Assembly: GCA_030390025.1 (NCBI GenBank)
Contig: CM059432.1
Location: forward strand, 13,828,001 to 13,892,000
Length of the DNA: 64,000 nt
Origin: Squalus acanthias
Taxonomy: Eukaryota
Reading direction: 5' to 3'
Shown here one piece after another: positions 63,913 to 64,000 of this stretch (position 1 is its first letter; every line of letters begins with the position of its first letter). The notes below the pieces were generated by a model that did no database searches, was not told the DNA's origin, and saw only the letters and a list, made by a program, of their open reading frames with translations. The translations under genes and the position numbers were made by a program.

Positions 63913-64000
63913 GAGATGCCGGTGTTGGACTGGGGTGGACAAAATTGAGAGGTCGCACAACACCAGGTTATAGTCCAACAGTTTTATTTGAAATCACAAG
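63913..64000 (-). mobile_element. Penelope-like element terminal fragment, truncated by window edge
   Basis: The reverse complement of about 63935-64000 is identical to 61608-61673; the fragment abuts a CR1. Confidence 0.7.

Overview
Vertebrate, repeat-rich genomic DNA, very probably from an elasmobranch (shark/ray): it carries HE1 V-SINEs, HER1/CR1 LINEs, DeuSINE (SacSINE1-like) copies and Penelope-derived fragments. The one protein-coding gene I can fully support is NDUFV2 (complex I 24-kDa subunit) on the minus strand. I reconstructed eight GT-AG coding exons by hand (61385 to 36617, 741 nt, 246 aa), with the 2Fe-2S cysteines intact and AATAAA at 36523-36528. A TE-free CpG island at about 22.4-24.3 kb is probably the promoter and non-coding first exon of the next minus-strand gene. 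By synteny that is likely ANKRD12, but no ANKRD12 coding exon is visible, so 1-22.5 kb would be its intron 1. The rest is nested retroelements plus Harbinger, Tigger/pogo and hAT relics. The most notable observations are: (1) intact minimal hammerhead-ribozyme cores in Penelope-derived fragments, one in the sense strand of NDUFV2 intron 4; (2) an irregular array of composite NRF1/CRE-like modules, a perfect heat-shock element and a plus-strand splice donor in the CpG island, suggesting a divergent antisense transcript; (3) a ~265-bp fold-back inverted duplication in NDUFV2 intron 2; (4) an ATG exon of NDUFV2 with no CpG island. Repeat boundaries are approximate and family names come from recalled consensus sequences, not database searches. 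I see no firm evidence of a wholly new biological system.
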